A DNA stretch of 53,213 bases from Sphingomicrobium sp. (GTDB lineage: Bacteria; Pseudomonadota; Alphaproteobacteria; Sphingomonadales; Sphingomonadaceae). The notes beneath the pieces were generated by a model. It was not told the origin of the DNA. It made no database searches and saw nothing but the letters and a program-made list of their open reading frames with translations. Below are positions 10,539 to 21,356 of the stretch, piece after piece. The stretch lies in contig JBDSEL010000019.1 in NCBI GenBank assembly GCA_039920065.1, positions 1 through 53,213 of the forward strand, read 5' to 3'. The position numbers and the translations under genes were made by a program. The first letter of the stretch is position 1, and each line of letters starts with the position of its first letter.

Positions 10539-11522
10539 ATGGCAAAATCGACCGCGATTCCGCGCTACAAGCGCTCCCGCCCCAAGGGTTCGGCAATCGG
10601 CCGCTTTATCCGCTTCCTGGTCAAGCTGGTGCTGGGCGTGATGCTGTTCTCGATCCTGTGGGTGCTGGCCTATCGAATCGTCCCGCCACCGACGACCGCG
10701 ACCATGGTCGGCGACATCATCGCCGGGCGTGGTGCCACCCGCGACTGGATGGGCATCGGTCAGATCGACCGCGACATGGTCCGTGCCGCGATCGCCGCCG
10801 AGGATGGCAAATTCTGTCAACACCAGGGCTTCGACTGGGACGCGATCCAGGACGCGGCCAAGCGCAACGCCTCGGGCGGGCGGATCCGCGGCGGGTCGAC
10901 CATCAGCCAGCAGACTGCCAAGACGACCTTTCTGTGGAATGGCGGCGGCTATGTCCGCAAGGGCGCCGAGGCATGGTTTACCTTCCTGATCGAGCATCTG
11001 TGGGACAAAGGCCGGATCATGGAAGTCTATCTCAACAATGCCGAGACCGGGCTTGGCACTTATGGCGTCAATGCCGGATCTCAACGCTATTTCGGCCATG
11101 ATTCAAGCGCGATGAGCGCTGATGAGGCGGCGCGCATTGCCGCCGTCTTGCCGCTGCCCAAGAAACGCGGTGCAGTCGCGCCCAAGGGCTTCACCCGCCG
11201 TTATGGCAACACCATCGCTGCGCGCATCGGCGTGGTCGGTCGCGACGGGCTCGACGCCTGCGTTTATGCCGGCACCACCGCGCCGCCGAACAAAGCGCCG
11301 CCCAAGGTGAAGAAACCAGCGATCGTTCCCGGCGACGAATATGAAACCGCCAGTCCGCCGCCGCCGGAGGCAAGTGTCGACGAGACCCCGCTAGAACCAA
11401 CGGCTGGGGCGGTTCCGGCAGCGGACCCGGCGCTGCCACCCGTCGAAGGCCCGCCGCTGGAGCCTGCCCCCGCCCCCGAACCGCCCGGCGAGCCCGAACC
11501 GCAACCCGTGAGCCAATCATGA
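10539..11522 (+). CDS. mtgA: Monofunctional biosynthetic peptidoglycan transglycosylase with Pro/Glu-rich C-terminal tail
   Basis: GT51 motifs AAEDGKFCQH, RGGSTISQQTAK, RKGAE, IMEVYLN. Confidence 0.93.
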   Translation: MAKSTAIPRYKRSRPKGSAIGRFIRFLVKLVLGVMLFSILWVLAYRIVPPPTTATMVGDIIAGRGATRDWMGIGQIDRDMVRAAIAAEDGKFCQHQGFDWDAIQDAAKRNASGGRIRGGSTISQQTAKTTFLWNGGGYVRKGAEAWFTFLIEHLWDKGRIMEVYLNNAETGLGTYGVNAGSQRYFGHDSSAMSADEAARIAAVLPLPKKRGAVAPKGFTRRYGNTIAARIGVVGRDGLDACVYAGTTAPPNKAPPKVKKPAIVPGDEYETASPPPPEASVDETPLEPTAGAVPAADPALPPVEGPPLEPAPAPEPPGEPEPQPVSQS

Positions 11523-11995
11523 GCACCGACCGCCCCGACCACGCCGGAGTTCGCTTCCCGCCGCCGCTGATTTTCCTAGGGCTGACCTTGGCCGGTCCGC
11601 TGCTCGACCGGCTGCTCGGTCTCGCTCCGCTGGATCTGGAGCGTCCGGTCAGGATCGTGCTTGTCCTCGCCTTCATCGCCGTCGGCCTGGCTCTCGTTCT
11701 CGCTGCGATCCGCCGTTTCTTGCGCGCCGGCACCCGGGTCGAACCGTGGGCGCCCTCCAGCGCCATTGTCAGCGACGGCATTTACCGGTTCACCCGCAAC
11801 CCAATGTATGTCGGAATGGCGCTGGTCATGATTGGCCTAGCACTGATCATCGGCAGCCCGGCGTCCTTGGCGATGGTTGCGGTGGCCGTGATCGTCGTCG
11901 ACCGCTATGTCATCCGGCGCGAGGAGGCCTATCTCGTTCAAAAATTCGGGACCGATTACACGAACTATCGCCGTCGCGTCCGCCGCTGGCTGTAA
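11519..11995 (+). CDS. Isoprenylcysteine carboxyl methyltransferase (Ste14/PEMT) family membrane protein
   Basis: GIYRFTRNPMY and IRREEAYL..KFG.DY..Y..RVRRW motifs. Confidence 0.88.
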   Translation: MSTDRPDHAGVRFPPPLIFLGLTLAGPLLDRLLGLAPLDLERPVRIVLVLAFIAVGLALVLAAIRRFLRAGTRVEPWAPSSAIVSDGIYRFTRNPMYVGMALVMIGLALIIGSPASLAMVAVAVIVVDRYVIRREEAYLVQKFGTDYTNYRRRVRRWL

Positions 11996-14900
11996 TCAGC
12001 TGACCAGCGCCAACCGAGCGGGCTCCTGCGCGCTCAATGTCGCGCTGCCCTCACCCGTGATGCGTTCGATCCGCGCGGCGATTTCAGCGTCGAGCAGGAA
12101 ATCGCGGCCGGCCACCAATGCCGCTTCGCCGCCCGTCGCCAGTCCAATCACCAGCCGGACGAGTCCGTTGCCGCCGCGCACGCCGTCGAGTTCGCGCGCG
12201 ATGGCCGGGATCAACGCGTCGTCCGCGACCCGGATCTCTAGTTGCAGGCGAGTTCGCTTGGCGAGCGTGTCGAGGGGCTGGAACCGTTTGACGGTCACTC
12301 GCGGCATGTCGTCGCCGACGCGCTTGTCGAGTTCGACCGACAACAGGCCGCAGCCCTGCCCGCCCGCCGCCGCTTCGAGCGCCGCAGTCGCCTCGTCGTC
12401 GAACGCCATGGCCCCGAACTGGCCGCTCGAATCGCTGAGGTCGGCCATCAGATAGCGACGGCCTCGCGCCGAGGTTCGCCACCGCGTGCCCTCGACCAGC
12501 GCGGCCATGGTTGCAGTCGCCCTTGTGCCCTCGGCGATGCGAATATCTCCCAGCTCGCCATAAGTCTTGACCCCGTTGACCGCGAGCAGATGGCGATGCG
12601 CCTCGACCGGGTGTGCTGCGAAATAGAAACCGAAGCTATCGCGTTCGGCCGCCATGCGCTGCGCCATCGACCATTCCGCTCCCCTGGGCAGGCGGATCGC
12701 GACGATATCGGCGCTGCCGCTGCCGCCGAACAGCGCGGCCTGGCCGGTGGTCCGCTGGTCGAACGCGCTGGCGGCATGGGCCAGGATTGTCTCGGCCCCG
12801 GCATAAACTGCGGCGCGGTCGGCCCTCAGGCCATCGAACGCGCCGGCCCCCGCCAGGCTTTCGATCTGGCGGCGGTTGAGCCACTTGGGATCGATCCGCG
12901 CAGTGAAGTCTTCCAGGCTGGCGAATTCTCCTTTGGCCTCGCGCTCGGCGACGATGCACTCCATCGCCTTGTCGCCGACCCCCTTCAATGCGCCGAGCGC
13001 ATAGCGGACCGCTCCATCTTCGACCGCGAAACGGGCCAGGCCATGGTTGATATCGGGCGGCAGGCAATCGATCCCGCCGCGCCGCATGTCCTCGACGAAC
13101 AGGGCGAGCTTGTCGGTCTGGGCCAGATCGAAACTCATCGAGGCGGCGGTGAATTCGGGCCGGTGATGCGCCTTCAGCCACGCGGTTTGATAGGCGATCA
13201 GTGCATAGCCGGCGGCATGGCTCTTGTTGAACCCATAGCCGGCGAACTTGTCGATCAAGTCGAACAATTCGGTCGCCTTGGCCTCGCCGATGGCGTTGAG
13301 CGCGCAGCCGTCGACGAAGCGAGCGCGTTGGGCATCCATCTCGCTTTGGATTTTCTTGCCCATCGCTCGGCGCAGCAAATCGGCATCGCCAAGGCTGTAC
13401 CCGGCCAGCACCCGGGCCGCTTCCATGACTTGTTCCTGATAGACGAAGATGCCGTAGGTCTCGCCCAGCACTTCCTCCAACAGCGGATGCGGGTAGGCGA
13501 TGGCCTGGCGCCCATTCTTGCGGTCGCCGAACAGCGGGATATTGTCCATCGGGCCGGGGCGGTAGAGCGAGACGAGCGCGATGATATCTTCGAACTTGGT
13601 CGGGCGCACCGCCGCGAGCGTCCGCCGCATGCCTTCGGATTCAAGCTGGAACACGCCGACCGTGTCGCCGCGCTGGAGAATCTCGAACACCGCCGGATCG
13701 TCCCACGGCAATTTCTCGAAATCGATCACGATGCCCTGCTCGACAAGGAGGCGCTGGCATTCCTTGAGCACCGACAGGGTCTTGAGGCCGAGGAAATCGA
13801 ACTTCACCAGCCCCGCAGCCTCGACATATTTCATGTCGAATTGAGTCACCGGCATGTCCGAACGCGGGTCGCGGTAGAGTGGGACCAGCTCGTCCAGCGG
13901 GCGGTCGGCGATGACCACTCCGGCGGCGTGGGTCGAGGCGTGCCGCGGCAGTCCCTCGAGCTTCATCGCCAAATCGAATAGGCGTGTGACGTCGGCATCG
14001 CCCTGATATTCGCGGCGCAGTTCAGGCACGCCCTCGAGCGCGCGATCGAGCGTCCACGGATCGGTCGGGTGATTGGGGATGAGCTTGGCCAGCCGATCGA
14101 CCTGGCCATAACTCATCTGCAGCACTCGACCGACGTCCTTGAGGACCGCGCGTGCCTTCAATCGCCCAAAGGTGATGATCTGTGCGACCCGGTCGCGGCC
14201 ATATTTAGCCTGGACGTAGGAAATGACCTTGTCGCGATGAGTTTCGCAGAAATCGATGTCGAAATCAGGCATTGAAACACGTTCGGGGTTGAGAAACCGC
14301 TCGAACAACAGCCCGAGCGCGAGCGGATCGAGGTCGGTGATGGTCAGCGCCCAGGCGACCACGCTGCCGGCGCCCGATCCGCGCCCGGGTCCGACCGGAA
14401 TGTCACCCGCCTTGGCCCATTTGATGAAGTCGGCGACGATCAGGAAATAGCCCGCGAAGCCCATGTTGACGATCACGTCGAGCTCGAACTCGAGCCGCTC
14501 GGCATAGGCTGCGCGCTCTTCGGCGGGACGTTCGCTTAGTCGCAGGTCAAGGCCCGCCTGGGCGTCGCGGCGTAGCGCCTCGTCCTCGTCCTCGCCCATG
14601 CGCGGCAGGATCGGCCGCCGCGACGGCGCCGCGACGGCACAGCGCTGGGCGATGACCGACGTATTGTCGAGCGCCTCGGGAATGTCGGCAAAGATTTCGG
14701 CCATCATCGACCCGGTCTTGAGCCAGGCATCGGCCGAGGAGGTCACCCGCTCGCCGCTTTCGACGAAGGCCGAATTGGCGATGCACAGCAACGCGTCGTG
14801 GGCGGCGTGGAAATTGGGCTCGCCGTAGGACACCGGGTTGGTCGCCACCAGCGGAATACCGCGATCCATCGCAAGCTCGATCAAGCCCGGCTCGGCGGCC

Positions 14901-15442
14901 TCCTCGACCGGATCGTGGCGACGGCTAAGCTCGATATAGAGGCGATCAGGGAACAGTGTTTGGAGCGCATCGCAATAGGCTTCGGCCTTGGCTGGCTGGC
15001 CCTCGTCGAGCAACCGCGCGATCGCCCCCTCGCTGCCCGCCGTCAGTGCGATCAGGCCATCGGTGCGCCCGTTGAGCGCCGCGAAGCCGACATGCGGCTC
15101 CTCCGCCACCGGTCGGTCGAGATGTGCCGAGGATACCAATTTGCACAGATTGTCGTAGCCGGCTTCGTCCTTGGCCAGCAGCACCAGCCAGTCGTAGCTC
15201 TGCCCACCGTGGCATTCGGCCGGGCGCGACACCGCCAACATCGCGCCGATGATCGGTTGCACGCCCTTTTTGAAACAAGCGTCGCCAAACGGCATGGCGC
15301 CATAGAGACCGTTGCGGTCGCAAATGGCGACGGCGGGGAAGCCCAGTCCGGCGGCGCGGTCGGGGATTTCCTTGGGCTCGATCGCGCCTTCGAGCATGGT
15401 GAAGGACGAGAATACGCGCAGCGGGACGAAGGGCCGGGTCAC
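11996..15442 (-). CDS. dnaE: DNA polymerase III alpha subunit
   Basis: PHP domain, GPGRGSGAGS, NPERVSMPDFDIDF, KFDFLGLKTL, FAGYGFNKSH; GTG start at VTRPFVPL. Confidence 0.98.
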   Translation of the reverse strand: MTRPFVPLRVFSSFTMLEGAIEPKEIPDRAAGLGFPAVAICDRNGLYGAMPFGDACFKKGVQPIIGAMLAVSRPAECHGGQSYDWLVLLAKDEAGYDNLCKLVSSAHLDRPVAEEPHVGFAALNGRTDGLIALTAGSEGAIARLLDEGQPAKAEAYCDALQTLFPDRLYIELSRRHDPVEEAAEPGLIELAMDRGIPLVATNPVSYGEPNFHAAHDALLCIANSAFVESGERVTSSADAWLKTGSMMAEIFADIPEALDNTSVIAQRCAVAAPSRRPILPRMGEDEDEALRRDAQAGLDLRLSERPAEERAAYAERLEFELDVIVNMGFAGYFLIVADFIKWAKAGDIPVGPGRGSGAGSVVAWALTITDLDPLALGLLFERFLNPERVSMPDFDIDFCETHRDKVISYVQAKYGRDRVAQIITFGRLKARAVLKDVGRVLQMSYGQVDRLAKLIPNHPTDPWTLDRALEGVPELRREYQGDADVTRLFDLAMKLEGLPRHASTHAAGVVIADRPLDELVPLYRDPRSDMPVTQFDMKYVEAAGLVKFDFLGLKTLSVLKECQRLLVEQGIVIDFEKLPWDDPAVFEILQRGDTVGVFQLESEGMRRTLAAVRPTKFEDIIALVSLYRPGPMDNIPLFGDRKNGRQAIAYPHPLLEEVLGETYGIFVYQEQVMEAARVLAGYSLGDADLLRRAMGKKIQSEMDAQRARFVDGCALNAIGEAKATELFDLIDKFAGYGFNKSHAAGYALIAYQTAWLKAHHRPEFTAASMSFDLAQTDKLALFVEDMRRGGIDCLPPDINHGLARFAVEDGAVRYALGALKGVGDKAMECIVAEREAKGEFASLEDFTARIDPKWLNRRQIESLAGAGAFDGLRADRAAVYAGAETILAHAASAFDQRTTGQAALFGGSGSADIVAIRLPRGAEWSMAQRMAAERDSFGFYFAAHPVEAHRHLLAVNGVKTYGELGDIRIAEGTRATATMAALVEGTRWRTSARGRRYLMADLSDSSGQFGAMAFDDEATAALEAAAGGQGCGLLSVELDKRVGDDMPRVTVKRFQPLDTLAKRTRLQLEIRVADDALIPAIARELDGVRGGNGLVRLVIGLATGGEAALVAGRDFLLDAEIAARIERITGEGSATLSAQEPARLALVS

Positions 15443-15502
15443 GCCCGCGACTATGCGGCGTCGCCTGCCCGCGCGCAAAGACTAAGCCTTACTTATCCCC
15501 AT

Positions 15503-16402
15503 CTATCGCGGCGGCGACCAGCGCCCGGTGGCGATGTCGCCAATCTCACGGATGCGGTCGTTATAGGCACCCCCGACGCATGCCGCACTGGAGCAATTGT
15601 CGCGATAGGCGAGGAAGCGGTCGCGGGTCTGGCGGAGCAAGGCCTGCTGCTGCGGCGACCCCTGCGCCATCGCCCGGCCGTAAACGCCAGCCATATTCCG
15701 ATCGAGGTTGGCCAGGCCAGGGTCGGCGCAGACCATTCGCTCGCTCTGGGTGCGGGCCTTGGTGCAATCGTAGCTTGGCCGCGCGCTCGCGGTCGGCCGC
15801 GGCGGCACCGGCGGCGGCGCAAGCGGTGCTAGCGGATCCACTGCCGGGGGGCCCCGGTCGGCCATCTCCACATCGACTGGCATCGGCGGCGGCGCGCTTG
15901 GCTGTACGGGGGATAAAGTGAGGCCGGCAAGCTCACTGACAATCTGCTGGGCGTCGCGCAACTGGACAACGCGCCGGCTTGTCGGATCGACGGCATAATA
16001 GACATCGCTCATCAACAAGCGGCGGCCGGCGGCGGTAGTCACGCCCGGCGGAAGGTCGATCGCCATCGAGCCGACGCAATCGACCATGCCGGGCAAGCGG
16101 CCCTCGCCCTCAGCAGCAGCATTTTCAACGCGAATAGAGGCAATTGAAGTGATATTCTGATATGTCGTCGCTTCCTCCGGCCGGGCGCGTTGCGCCTCCT
16201 GGAAAAGTGCGCGCTTGACCTGGTTATAGATCGTCTGGCCGGCGCAGGCCTTGTTGAGATCGGGGTTGTCGGCGGCGATCGTCGTGGCACTGTCGCCGAG
16301 CCGGTCCTGGTCGCTGTTGCGGGTCGCGGCGAAGACGATCAGCAGCAACAGCAGAAGGCCAATGCCGCCGAGCAGCGCGAGGGTGTTGTTGGGACGCTCC
16401 AT
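15503..16402 (-). CDS. Membrane-anchored protein with C-terminal LprI/DUF1311 (lysozyme-inhibitor-like) domain
   Basis: N-terminal TM, Pro-rich linker, then PSYDC.KA....E..VC.D..L..LD....RD.C...C...Y..RI..I. Confidence 0.75.
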   Translation of the reverse strand: MERPNNTLALLGGIGLLLLLLIVFAATRNSDQDRLGDSATTIAADNPDLNKACAGQTIYNQVKRALFQEAQRARPEEATTYQNITSIASIRVENAAAEGEGRLPGMVDCVGSMAIDLPPGVTTAAGRRLLMSDVYYAVDPTSRRVVQLRDAQQIVSELAGLTLSPVQPSAPPPMPVDVEMADRGPPAVDPLAPLAPPPVPPRPTASARPSYDCTKARTQSERMVCADPGLANLDRNMAGVYGRAMAQGSPQQQALLRQTRDRFLAYRDNCSSAACVGGAYNDRIREIGDIATGRWSPPR

Positions 16403-16452
16403 CGGCCAAGCTTAGCAGGGCAAAGCGTGCGGCCAAGCGGATTTCGACCGCT

Positions 16453-17119
<667 letters not shown>

Positions 17120-17127
<8 letters not shown>

Positions 17128-18370
17128 AGCGAAGCACCTGCACCGGGTCGGTGCCCGCAGCCTTATAGGCCGGATAAAGGGTGGCAAGGAACGACAGGAC
17201 CAGCGCAGTGAGCACTATCGTCACCACCTCCACCGGGTCGGTCTTCGACGGTAATTCGGTCAGCACGCGCACTGTCGGATCCCACAGATTGGCGCCAGTC
17301 AGCGTCTGAATGGCATTGACGATCGGCTGGCGGAAAAACAGGAAGATCGCACCCAGGACCATGCCCAGCACGATGCCGAGCGAGCCGATGGTCACGCCGA
17401 CCGTGACGAACACCTTCATCATCCCGCGCCGGCTCGCGCCCATCGTTCGCAGAATGGCGATGTCGCGGGTCTTGGCGCGGACCAGCATGATCAGCGACGA
17501 CAATATGTTGAACACCGCGACCAGCACGATCAGCGAGAGGACGACGAACATCGCCACCCGCTCGATCTCCAGCGCTGAGAACAGGGCACTGTTCATCTGC
17601 CGCCAGTCGACCAGCACGCCCTGCCCCGCGACCACGCGCTGCAGCGGGGCGAGGATTTCGCCGACCTTGTCGGGGTCGGTAGTCTGCAATTCGACCATGC
17701 CGACATTGTCGCCAAGCATCGTCAAGTCCTGCGCATCTTCCATCGGCATGATCACGAACGCCTTGTCGTAATCGTAGACGCCAATCTCGAACACCGCTCC
17801 GACGGTGTAGGTGACGATGCGCGGAACGGTCCCGACCACCGTCGAGCGGCCTTCGGGACTGATCAGGCTGATCTGGGTGCCGGGGCCAGCGCCGAGTTGC
17901 CGCGCTAGACCGGAACCGATCGCCACCCGCCCGGTCATCGGCGCGATGCTCTTGAGGTCGCCGGCCAGAACATTGGAGGTGATGGTCTTGTTGGCCATGA
18001 CGTCGGGCCAGCGCATCCCGCGCACCAGCACACCTTCGACGCGGCCATTGGATGAGGCCATCAGCGGTTGCTCGATCAACGGCAAGGCCGAGGTTACACC
18101 TGGCGTTGCCCTCGCCTTGTCGGCGATCTGCCGCCAATTGCCAAGCATGCCGTCATAGCCCTGGACCACCGCATGGCCATTGAGGCCGACAATCTTGTCG
18201 AGCAATTCGGCGCGGAAGCCGTTCATCACGCTCATCACGATGATCAGCGCCGCAACTCCCAGTGCGACCGCGAGCAGGCTGATCGAGGCGACCATGAAGA
18301 TGAACCCTTCGCCCTTGCCCGGGAGCAAATAACGGCGGGCGAGCATGCGCTCGGCGCGGCTGAGGATCAT
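17120..18370 (-). CDS. Lipoprotein-releasing ABC transporter permease LolC/E
   Basis: [29 protein letters not shown]...DPVQVLRYE; start MILSRAE overlaps the proS stop. Confidence 0.95.
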
Positions 18371-19689
18371 GCCGTCAGCCTTGCAACGACGTCGCCGATC
18401 GCAAGCTCGACCTTGTCGCCGCTCTTGCGGTGCTTGAGTTCGACCGTTCCCGAAGCGACACCGCGGGGGCCGATGATGACTTGCCACGGCAGACCGATGA
18501 GGTCCATCGAGCCGAGCTTTACCCCGCCGCGCTCGTCGCGGTCGTCGTAAAGCACTTCGACCCCCGCAGCCTGGAGCTCGGCGTACAGCGTGTCGGCAAC
18601 GCCGGCGCTGGCCTCGTCGTCGGCGCGCATGGACACCAACCCGACTTTCCACGGCGCGACCGCTTCGGGCCAGATGATGCCATTGTCGTCGTGGCTGGCC
18701 TCAATGATTGCGCCCACCAGCCGCGACACACCGACGCCGTAACTGCCCATGTGCGGGATGACGGGGCTGCCGTCCTTGCCGGAGACCTTGAGGCCCATCT
18801 TGCGGCTGTAGAGCTCGCCGAAATTGAAAATATGACCGACTTCAATCCCGCGCCCAGTTCGCTTCTGGTCGCTCGAAAGTTCGTTCCAGCGACCTTCATC
18901 GTGGGTTTCGTCGGTTGCTGCATAGGTCGAATTGACACGGTCGAAGAGACCCTGGAGCCCCGCTTCGTCGCTATAATGGAGTTCGGACTGCTGCCAATCG
19001 AAACTCTCATAGGCTGCATCGTAAAAGACTTCGCTTTCGCCGGTCGGGGCAAGCACGATGAACTCGTGGGAAAGATCGCCGCCAATCGGCCCGCTGGCGG
19101 CTTTCATCGGGACCGCCTGGATGCCCATCCGCTGAAAGGTGCGCAGATAGGCCAGCATCTGGCGATAATAGCTCAGCCGCGCCCCGGCCTCGTCGAGGTC
19201 GAAGCTGTAGGCGTCCTTCATCAGGAATTCGCGGCCGCGCATCACGCCGAAGCGCGGGCGGACTTCGTCGCAGAATTTCCATTGGATGTGATAGAGCGTG
19301 CGCGGCAGATCGCGGTAGCTTTTGACATCATCGCGGAACAGCGCGGTGATCATCTCCTCATTGGTCGGACCATAGAGGATTTCGCGATCGTGGCGGTCCT
19401 TGATGCGCAGCATTTCCGGACCGTAGGCGTCATAGCGGCCCGACTGACGCCACAGATCGGCGGATTGCAGCGTCGGCATCAACAGCTCGATCGCGCCGGC
19501 GCGGTCCTGTTCTTCGCAGACGATCTGCTCGATCTTCTTGAGCACTCGAAAGCCGAGCGGCAGCCAGGCGTAGATGCCGGCAGCGGTCTGGCGAACCAAG
19601 CCGGCGCGAAGCATCAGCTTGTGGCTGACGATCTGGGCGTCGGAGGGACTTTCCTTGAGGACCGGCAGGAAGGCTTGGGTAAGGCGCAT
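18367..19689 (-). CDS. proS: Proline--tRNA ligase (short alphaproteobacterial type)
   Basis: [53 protein letters not shown]. Motif 2 reads FCDE instead of FRDE. Confidence 0.97.
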   Translation of the reverse strand: MRLTQAFLPVLKESPSDAQIVSHKLMLRAGLVRQTAAGIYAWLPLGFRVLKKIEQIVCEEQDRAGAIELLMPTLQSADLWRQSGRYDAYGPEMLRIKDRHDREILYGPTNEEMITALFRDDVKSYRDLPRTLYHIQWKFCDEVRPRFGVMRGREFLMKDAYSFDLDEAGARLSYYRQMLAYLRTFQRMGIQAVPMKAASGPIGGDLSHEFIVLAPTGESEVFYDAAYESFDWQQSELHYSDEAGLQGLFDRVNSTYAATDETHDEGRWNELSSDQKRTGRGIEVGHIFNFGELYSRKMGLKVSGKDGSPVIPHMGSYGVGVSRLVGAIIEASHDDNGIIWPEAVAPWKVGLVSMRADDEASAGVADTLYAELQAAGVEVLYDDRDERGGVKLGSMDLIGLPWQVIIGPRGVASGTVELKHRKSGDKVELAIGDVVARLTA

Positions 19690-19747
19690 GGCGCCGCGTC
19701 CTAGGGGTGAGCGCCCTCGCTTGCAATGCCGCGCCACCCGCCGAGCC

Positions 19748-19769
19748 GCTGTGGCGAATGCGACACAGC
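19748..19769. promoter_or_regulatory. Palindromic putative operator between proS and the candidate sRNA
   Basis: GCTGTG-GCGAATGCGA-CACAGC inverted repeat. Confidence 0.35.
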
Positions 19770-19802
19770 TGCGTCCCAATTGGAGCCATCCACGATTTTG
19801 AA

Positions 19803-19973
19803 GGCGACAGCCGGTGCCGGCGCGCATAGGCGATGGCCACCGGACGCGGCCCTTGGGCCTAAGTGTTCGGATCCTGGCTGAGCGATTGGGGACGTTCGCC
19901 GGAAACTCCAAGGGGGCTGACGAGCAATCGTCACGCAAGCGCGCCCGGGTCGCCAGTCGATCCGGGCGTTTTT
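19803..19973 (+). ncRNA. Candidate structured small RNA (family unassigned)
   Basis: Helices CCGGTG/CACCGG and CCCTTGG/CCAAGGG, a TGACGA-GCAA-TCGTCA tetraloop hairpin, then an 11-bp stem plus T5; no credible ORF. The 5' end is approximate. Confidence 0.6.
19942..19973 (+). terminator. Rho-independent terminator
   Basis: CGCCCGGGTCG-CCAGT-CGATCCGGGCG followed by TTTTT. Confidence 0.8.
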
Positions 19974-20026
19974 GTATCTGGATCCGCAGCGTTGGATTTC
20001 CCGACCGCGCGCTTTAAGCGAATGCC

Positions 20027-21190
20027 ATGACAGACCAAGACAAATGGAAGGCCACTCGCCTGGTCGAGGGCGGGCGCCGCAAGGAATGGCAGCAGCGGTT
20101 GATCAACGTCCCGGTCCATCGCGGATCGACCTTGCTGTTCGAGAGTTGCGCCGATCTTCTCGCCGCGAAACCCGGCCCCGGAGCACATTATTACGGACTT
20201 CACGGAACGCCGACGCAGTGGGCGCTGAGCGAGGCGCTGACCGGTCTCGAGCCGGGCGCGGTCGGGACCTGCCTCTACCCCTCAGGACTGGCGTCGGTCA
20301 CCGCGGCGCTGCTGACCGTGCTGCGTGCCGGGCAGCAATTGCTCGTCCCCGACAGCATCTATGGCCCGACCCGACGCTTCTGCGACAATCACCTTGCCCG
20401 CTTCGGGGTCGAGACGATCTATTATCCGCCGACCGCGAGTGCCGACGATCTGGCCGCGCTGGCCGGCGATGACACTGGCGCGATCATGCTCGAAAGCCCG
20501 GGCTCGATGACGATGGAAGTGCAGGACGTGCCGGGGATCTGTGCCATGGCTCGAGCGCGCGGCATCGCCACAATCCTCGACAACACTTGGGCGACACCGC
20601 TGCTGTTTCCAGCACTCGAGCATGGCGTCGACATCAGCGCGATGGCGCTGACCAAATTCGTCGGCGGCCATGGCGATTTGATTGCTGGCTGCGCAAGCGC
20701 CGGGCCGGAATGGTTCGAGCGGCTCCAGACCGCCAGCTGGGACCTTGGCTTTGCCTTGTCGCCCGATGATGCCTGGCTGGCCGCGCGCGGGCTTCGCACA
20801 ATGGGGCTGAGGATGTGCCATCAGGAAGCCAGCACGCTCGCTATTGCCGAATGGCTCAGCGGTGAGGCCCGCGTCGGCCTGATGCTCCACCCGGCCTTCG
20901 CCAGCTGCCCCGGCCATGAATATTGGAAACGCGACTTCGGCGGCTCGTCGAGCCTGTTCTCGTTCGAGTTTCTGGGCAGCCCGGCCGAGCGCGCGCGGTT
21001 CATCGACGGCCTGAAGCACTTCTCGATCGGCTTCAGTTGGGGCGGCTATGAAAGCCTGGCGACCCCGGTCGATCCGGTCCGGACCATCGGCCCCGCCCCC
21101 GCCACCAACCTCGTCCGGCTGCAAATCGGCCTTGAGGAGCCCGGCGACCTCATCGCCGACCTCGACCAGGCTTTCGCCGCGCTGCGCTGA
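20027..21190 (+). CDS. metC: Cystathionine beta-lyase
   Basis: PVHRGST, YGLHGTPT, ESPGS, DNTWATPL, LTKFVGGHGD (PLP Lys), IGFSWGGYESL. Confidence 0.92.
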   Translation: MTDQDKWKATRLVEGGRRKEWQQRLINVPVHRGSTLLFESCADLLAAKPGPGAHYYGLHGTPTQWALSEALTGLEPGAVGTCLYPSGLASVTAALLTVLRAGQQLLVPDSIYGPTRRFCDNHLARFGVETIYYPPTASADDLAALAGDDTGAIMLESPGSMTMEVQDVPGICAMARARGIATILDNTWATPLLFPALEHGVDISAMALTKFVGGHGDLIAGCASAGPEWFERLQTASWDLGFALSPDDAWLAARGLRTMGLRMCHQEASTLAIAEWLSGEARVGLMLHPAFASCPGHEYWKRDFGGSSSLFSFEFLGSPAERARFIDGLKHFSIGFSWGGYESLATPVDPVRTIGPAPATNLVRLQIGLEEPGDLIADLDQAFAALR

Positions 21191-21200
21191 ACCGGGACTT

Positions 21201-21277
21201 TGGTAGCGGAGGAGGGGCTCGAACCCCCGACACGCGGATTATGATTCCGCTGCTCTAACCAACTGAGCTACTCCGCC
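21201..21277 (-). tRNA. tRNA-Met (CAT), elongator type
   Basis: GGCGGAGTAGCTCAG...GCGGAAT-CAT-AATCCGC...GTTCGAG...CTCCGCTACCA cloverleaf with paired position 1-72. Confidence 0.93.
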
Positions 21278-21356
21278 CCAAGGGCAATATGGCGACCGCA
21301 ATAAGGGTCGCCAGCGGCGCGGCATATAGGTGCGCTTCCACGCCCGGTCAACGCGA

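Noticed and set aside
19270-19518. TGC recoding to Arg or RNA editing as the cause of the Arg->Cys changes
   Set aside because: TGC encodes conserved Cys elsewhere in the window (ClpX zinc finger, CcmG/CcmH CxxC). Mutation or base-calling error is far simpler.
19803-19973. SAM-II/SAM-SAH riboswitch, 6S RNA or tmRNA identity for the intergenic RNA
   Set aside because: It lacks the conserved sequence features I recall for these families, and metC has its own promoter-like motif after the terminator. Left unassigned.
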